From NCBI GenBank assembly GCA_964476715.1, contig CAYZBP010000001.1, forward strand, positions 1 to 37,895: 37,895 nt of DNA, read 5' to 3'. The stretch is from an uncultured Bifidobacterium sp. (GTDB lineage: Bacteria; Actinomycetota; Actinomycetes; Nanopelagicales; Nanopelagicaceae). Of the stretch, positions 34,883 through 37,895 are shown one piece after another; position 1 is the stretch's first letter, and every line of letters begins with the position of its first letter. Position numbers and translations under genes: made by a program. The notes beneath the pieces were generated by a model. That model made no database searches and was not told where the DNA came from. It saw only the letters and a program-made list of their open reading frames with translations.

Positions 34883-34888
34883 ATTCTA
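34883..34888 (-). promoter_or_regulatory. Candidate internal -10 (TAGAAT) for a leaderless rpe transcript; its TAG is the rsmB stop codon
   Basis: Reverse strand reads ...AAG TAG AAT TATCAAT ATG. The hexamer lies 7 nt upstream of the rpe ATG. No SD. Confidence 0.35.
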
Positions 34889-36217
34889 CTTCGAGACTCT
34901 TTGGAATACCGCCAGGAACATTCCATCAGTTCCATGCAAACCAGGCCAGAGTTGAACCGAATTTGATTCCTGCAGATTCATATCTTTTGGAAAATACTGA
35001 ACCGCTGGAATTGCTTTGAAATTACGATGATTTGCCAAAAATTTTTCGACATTCTCAATTGTCTCTGCTGGATGTGGTGAACAGGTTACGTACCCTAAGA
35101 GACCACCAACTTTGATTAATTTGCTGGCATTTTCCAGCAAACCATTTTGAATACTGACTAATTCGCTAATCTCTGCGCTCTTCTTACGCCATCTCGCATC
35201 TGGTCTTCTACGCAAGGCTCCCAGACCGGAACATGGAGCATCTACTAAAATTCGCGTGAACGACTCTTCTCTGAAAGCAGTTACTAGGCCATCACTTAAT
35301 ACGATTTGGTCGGTAGATCTCTGCATTAGCTTGGCTCTATGTGAAGAAATTTCATTCGCTAAAAAACTAATATTGCGCTCTTTGGCCCACCGATCTAACA
35401 GAGCGCTTTTCCCGCCCGGTCCGGCACATAAATCAAGCCAGAAATCATCCTCATCGAGTGGAATATCTACAAAAGCTTTGCTCACCAAGAAAGATCCCTG
35501 ATCTTGAACGCTGGCACGCAAACCTTTAATCGCAGGGATATCACCTGGGTCACCTGATATCTCAACACCACTATCTACCCATGGTGCTGTAGAAAAATCC
35601 GCATTACTTTCAAGAAGTTCGGCTTGAGAGGCTTGATTAGGCCATCCAATCACACATACCTTCGGATTTTTATTGTTGGCAATACATTCTTGCTCGACCC
35701 TATTCATATCTCCGAGTCTTCTGAGATAACTTTCTAGTATCCATCTTGGATGAGAATACTGAATTGAAAGTTGATCCAATTTGTCGGTAAAACCTAAATT
35801 AGTAATCCATTGTTCGAAATCGAATTTCGACACTTTTCGCAAAATCGCATTGACAAAACCTGAACTTGATTGATTAATTTCTTGCTTTGTTAAAGTTACT
35901 GCCGTATCTACTGCCGCATGAGAGGCAACCCTCATATTGAGCAGTTGATGTGCGCCCATTCGAAGGATTTCACGCACCTCTAGATCTAAAGTATCTACCG
36001 GCCTGTTGCTTACACTGTCAATAATTTTGTCGTAGGTTCCACGCAGTCGAATAGAGCCGTAAACAATCTCAGTCACAAGTGCTTTATCTGCAACCGACAG
36101 GTTGCTTTCTTTTAAAAAATTTGGCAAAGCTAGATTTGCATAGCTACGTTCTTTTTCTATTGAGATTAACGCTTTCAAAGCAACTCTACGAGATTGAAGT
36201 CCGTTAGATTCAGACAT
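34886..36217 (-). CDS. rsmB: 16S rRNA (cytosine967-C5)-methyltransferase RsmB (Sun/Fmu)
   Basis: NusB-like N-domain, SAM motif LDLCAGPGGKS, and catalytic Cys motifs LVDAPCSGLGALRRRPD and YVTCSPHPAE. 8-nt overlap with fmt. Confidence 0.85.
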   Translation of the reverse strand: MSESNGLQSRRVALKALISIEKERSYANLALPNFLKESNLSVADKALVTEIVYGSIRLRGTYDKIIDSVSNRPVDTLDLEVREILRMGAHQLLNMRVASHAAVDTAVTLTKQEINQSSSGFVNAILRKVSKFDFEQWITNLGFTDKLDQLSIQYSHPRWILESYLRRLGDMNRVEQECIANNKNPKVCVIGWPNQASQAELLESNADFSTAPWVDSGVEISGDPGDIPAIKGLRASVQDQGSFLVSKAFVDIPLDEDDFWLDLCAGPGGKSALLDRWAKERNISFLANEISSHRAKLMQRSTDQIVLSDGLVTAFREESFTRILVDAPCSGLGALRRRPDARWRKKSAEISELVSIQNGLLENASKLIKVGGLLGYVTCSPHPAETIENVEKFLANHRNFKAIPAVQYFPKDMNLQESNSVQLWPGLHGTDGMFLAVFQRVSK

Positions 36218-37130
36218 ATTTGATTTCTAATTGATCATCTTTCGCTTGAATTCCTCTGAACCACTCAGGACCAGACATCAAATTTTTCCCACTACTTTGA
36301 ATTTTAACTATCTCAATGTCAAAATCATTAGTTGCTGCGAATAAGCGTTGATTTTCAAAAGAAACAGTGCCTGGTGCCTTCACACTTTTTATATCGCTTA
36401 CTTTTACTTCATAGAAAAATACTTCGTTATCTCGGAATGTGCTTTTAGCGCGGGGTGACGGATTCAGCGCTCGAACCATATTTCTAATCGATATTGCAGA
36501 GTCACTCCAATTTATTCGTGATTCTGACTTGTTGATTTTTGGTGCAAGTGTTGAATCAAAATTATCTTGAGGTGTTGGTTTCTCAAGATTTTGAATCTTG
36601 ATTAACGTTTCTGAAAGCAAGTCAGGGACCAAATGACTCATCATCTCTAGGCACTCCCCTGATGTTTGAACTTCATCAATTGATACTGTCTTCTGAAGGT
36701 AAAGAGGACCAGTATCCATGCCGGCATCTAGTTGAAAAATTGATATTCCTGAAATCTTTTCCCCATTCCATATTGCTCTTTGGACTGGTGCGGCACCGCG
36801 ATATTTTGGTAAAAGTGAAAAATGGACATTTATCCAACCATGTTTGGGAATTCCAAGAAGAGCGTTAGGAATTATCTTCCCGTACGCAATCACAATAACT
36901 AGATCTACAGATGAAAGGAGATCTTCCGAAGTGAGAGCCTCTATCGAGGTGTATAAATTAATCGAATTATTTTTCGCAAACTCAGCCGCAGGAGAATCAA
37001 TCAAAGAACTACTTCGTCCTTGAGCAGCAGCAGGGCGAGTAAGTATTCCCACGAGTTCATGCTCAGACGAAGCGATCCAATTCAAAGAGGGAATTACGAC
37101 TTCAGGAGTACCTGCAAATAAAATACGCAC
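36210..37130 (-). CDS. fmt: Methionyl-tRNA formyltransferase
   Basis: ILFAGTPE and INVHFSLLPKYRGAAPVQRAI. 1-nt overlap with def. Confidence 0.9.
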   Translation of the reverse strand: MRILFAGTPEVVIPSLNWIASSEHELVGILTRPAAAQGRSSSLIDSPAAEFAKNNSINLYTSIEALTSEDLLSSVDLVIVIAYGKIIPNALLGIPKHGWINVHFSLLPKYRGAAPVQRAIWNGEKISGISIFQLDAGMDTGPLYLQKTVSIDEVQTSGECLEMMSHLVPDLLSETLIKIQNLEKPTPQDNFDSTLAPKINKSESRINWSDSAISIRNMVRALNPSPRAKSTFRDNEVFFYEVKVSDIKSVKAPGTVSFENQRLFAATNDFDIEIVKIQSSGKNLMSGPEWFRGIQAKDDQLEIKYV

Positions 37131-37675
37131 TAACTACCAAGGCCAAAAGTTGGGTGTGGAGAAATGCGGATCTCCGGATTAGAAACTCCAAACCATTCGG
37201 ATTCTCTAACTTCACGAAGGGCTTCTTTGCGCAACTCTTTACTTAACCGATCAATAAACAAGATTCCATCTAAATGATCAGTTTCATGTTGAATGCACCG
37301 GGCCATTAATTCACTGCCCACAATTTCAACTGGTTCACCATGCATGTTGAAGCCTTGGGCTACAACAGACAAGGATCTTTTGCAGTCATAAACTAGTCCC
37401 GGGAAAGAAAGGCAACCTTCATCTCCTTCTTGTTCTTCTGCACTTAACTGCAATTTAGGATTGATTAAGTGGCCAATCTCTTCATCTATATTCCATGTAA
37501 AAACTCTTAAAGAAACTCCAATTTGAGGGGCGGCTAACCCTGCACCACCCGCATCAAGCATCGTGTCCGTCAAATCCTTGACCAGGCTTCGCAACTCCTT
37601 GTCGAAATTTACAACCTCAAGAGAAGGGGTAGCCAATACTGGGTCCCCGAAAAATCTAATCGCTTGTGTGCTCAC
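37130..37675 (-). CDS. def: Peptide deformylase
   Basis: The three PDF motifs GAGLAAPQIG, EGCLSFPG and QHETDHLDG. GTG start. Confidence 0.95.
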   Translation of the reverse strand: MSTQAIRFFGDPVLATPSLEVVNFDKELRSLVKDLTDTMLDAGGAGLAAPQIGVSLRVFTWNIDEEIGHLINPKLQLSAEEQEGDEGCLSFPGLVYDCKRSLSVVAQGFNMHGEPVEIVGSELMARCIQHETDHLDGILFIDRLSKELRKEALREVRESEWFGVSNPEIRISPHPTFGLGS

Positions 37676-37681
37676 AAGAGT

Positions 37682-37687
37682 ATTTTA
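37682..37687 (-). promoter_or_regulatory. Candidate internal -10 (TAAAAT) for a leaderless def transcript; its TAA is the stop codon of the upstream gene
   Basis: Reverse strand reads ...CTG TAA AAT ACTCTT GTG. The hexamer lies 6 nt upstream of the def GTG. No SD. Confidence 0.35.
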
Positions 37688-37895
37688 CAGTTCAATCGGG
37701 TCAACTCTGACCTTTAAAGCACTCAATCCATGGGCACTTCTGATTCGACAATAGTTCAACAGGTCGTCGACCAACCCTTGGCCATTTTGATCAGAAGCTC
37801 TCAAAATGATTTTGGAAAGGTAGACATCATCTGTCGATTGAAGAGAGGAAACTAGATATTTTTGAGAGAACTCCAAAGCCATATTGTGGAGATCT
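37685..37895 (-). CDS. priA: C-terminal end of a larger protein, probably primosomal helicase PriA; the gene runs off the right edge
   Basis: The reading frame stays open upstream of the track's Met to the window end (..DLHNMALEF..). The C-terminal ILRAS...LKVRVDPIEL resembles PriA termini, and priA-def/fmt-rsmB-rpe synteny is common. Only about 70 aa are visible. Confidence 0.45.
   Translation of the reverse strand, partial: DLHNMALEFSQKYLVSSLQSTDDVYLSKIILRASDQNGQGLVDDLLNYCRIRSAHGLSALKVRVDPIEL

Noticed and set aside
34469-34966. 165-aa plus-strand ORF
   Set aside because: It is antisense to rpe, whose motifs are unambiguous. It is a shadow ORF.
1-37895. Defence island, prophage, CRISPR array, toxin-antitoxin pair or biosynthetic gene cluster
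   Set aside because: Every ORF above about 200 nt that is not an antisense shadow has a recognisable housekeeping or conserved-hypothetical identity with actinobacterial core synteny. I saw no direct-repeat/spacer periodicity, no recombinases and no large-scale compositional break.

Overview
This is a very densely packed chromosomal core segment. By my gene calls only about 1.1 kb of 37.9 kb is non-coding. The source is an actinobacterium of moderately low GC (roughly mid-40s % by eye). That assignment rests on mshC (mycothiol), pafB/pafC, tatA/tatC, helY, trmI, metH and a PAC2-family gene, arranged in an order I recall from the Mycobacterium tuberculosis Rv2090-Rv2136 region. The compactness fits a streamlined small-genome actinobacterium, but that is inference only and no taxon can be proven from this window. 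It shows as 1-8 nt overlaps between co-directional genes, shared stop codons between convergent genes, and 40-45 bp divergent promoter regions. I call 44 protein-coding genes (two truncated at the window edges), one tRNA-Leu(GAG), two hairpin terminators and a set of candidate leaderless promoters. I see no transposase, integrase, phage, CRISPR, toxin-antitoxin or recognisable defence genes and no large repeats, so this is not an accessory island. Five things deserve a second look. (1) arc-dop-pup-prcBA-pafA is cleanly absent from its conserved slot between trmI and pafB, while pafBC and a PAC2-family gene remain. (2) An uncharacterised, overlapping three-gene cassette (histidine phosphatase, DUF3090, PI3/4-kinase-like SCO1664 family) sits directly upstream of mshC. 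(3) A TAnnnT hexamer lies 6-7 nt before the start codon at 11 genes that lack a Shine-Dalgarno sequence. (4) A triple helical-phase direct repeat lies in front of an aldo/keto reductase gene. (5) A GC-rich structured leader precedes a purine permease gene. All functional calls come from motif recognition in the supplied translations. No database search was run.
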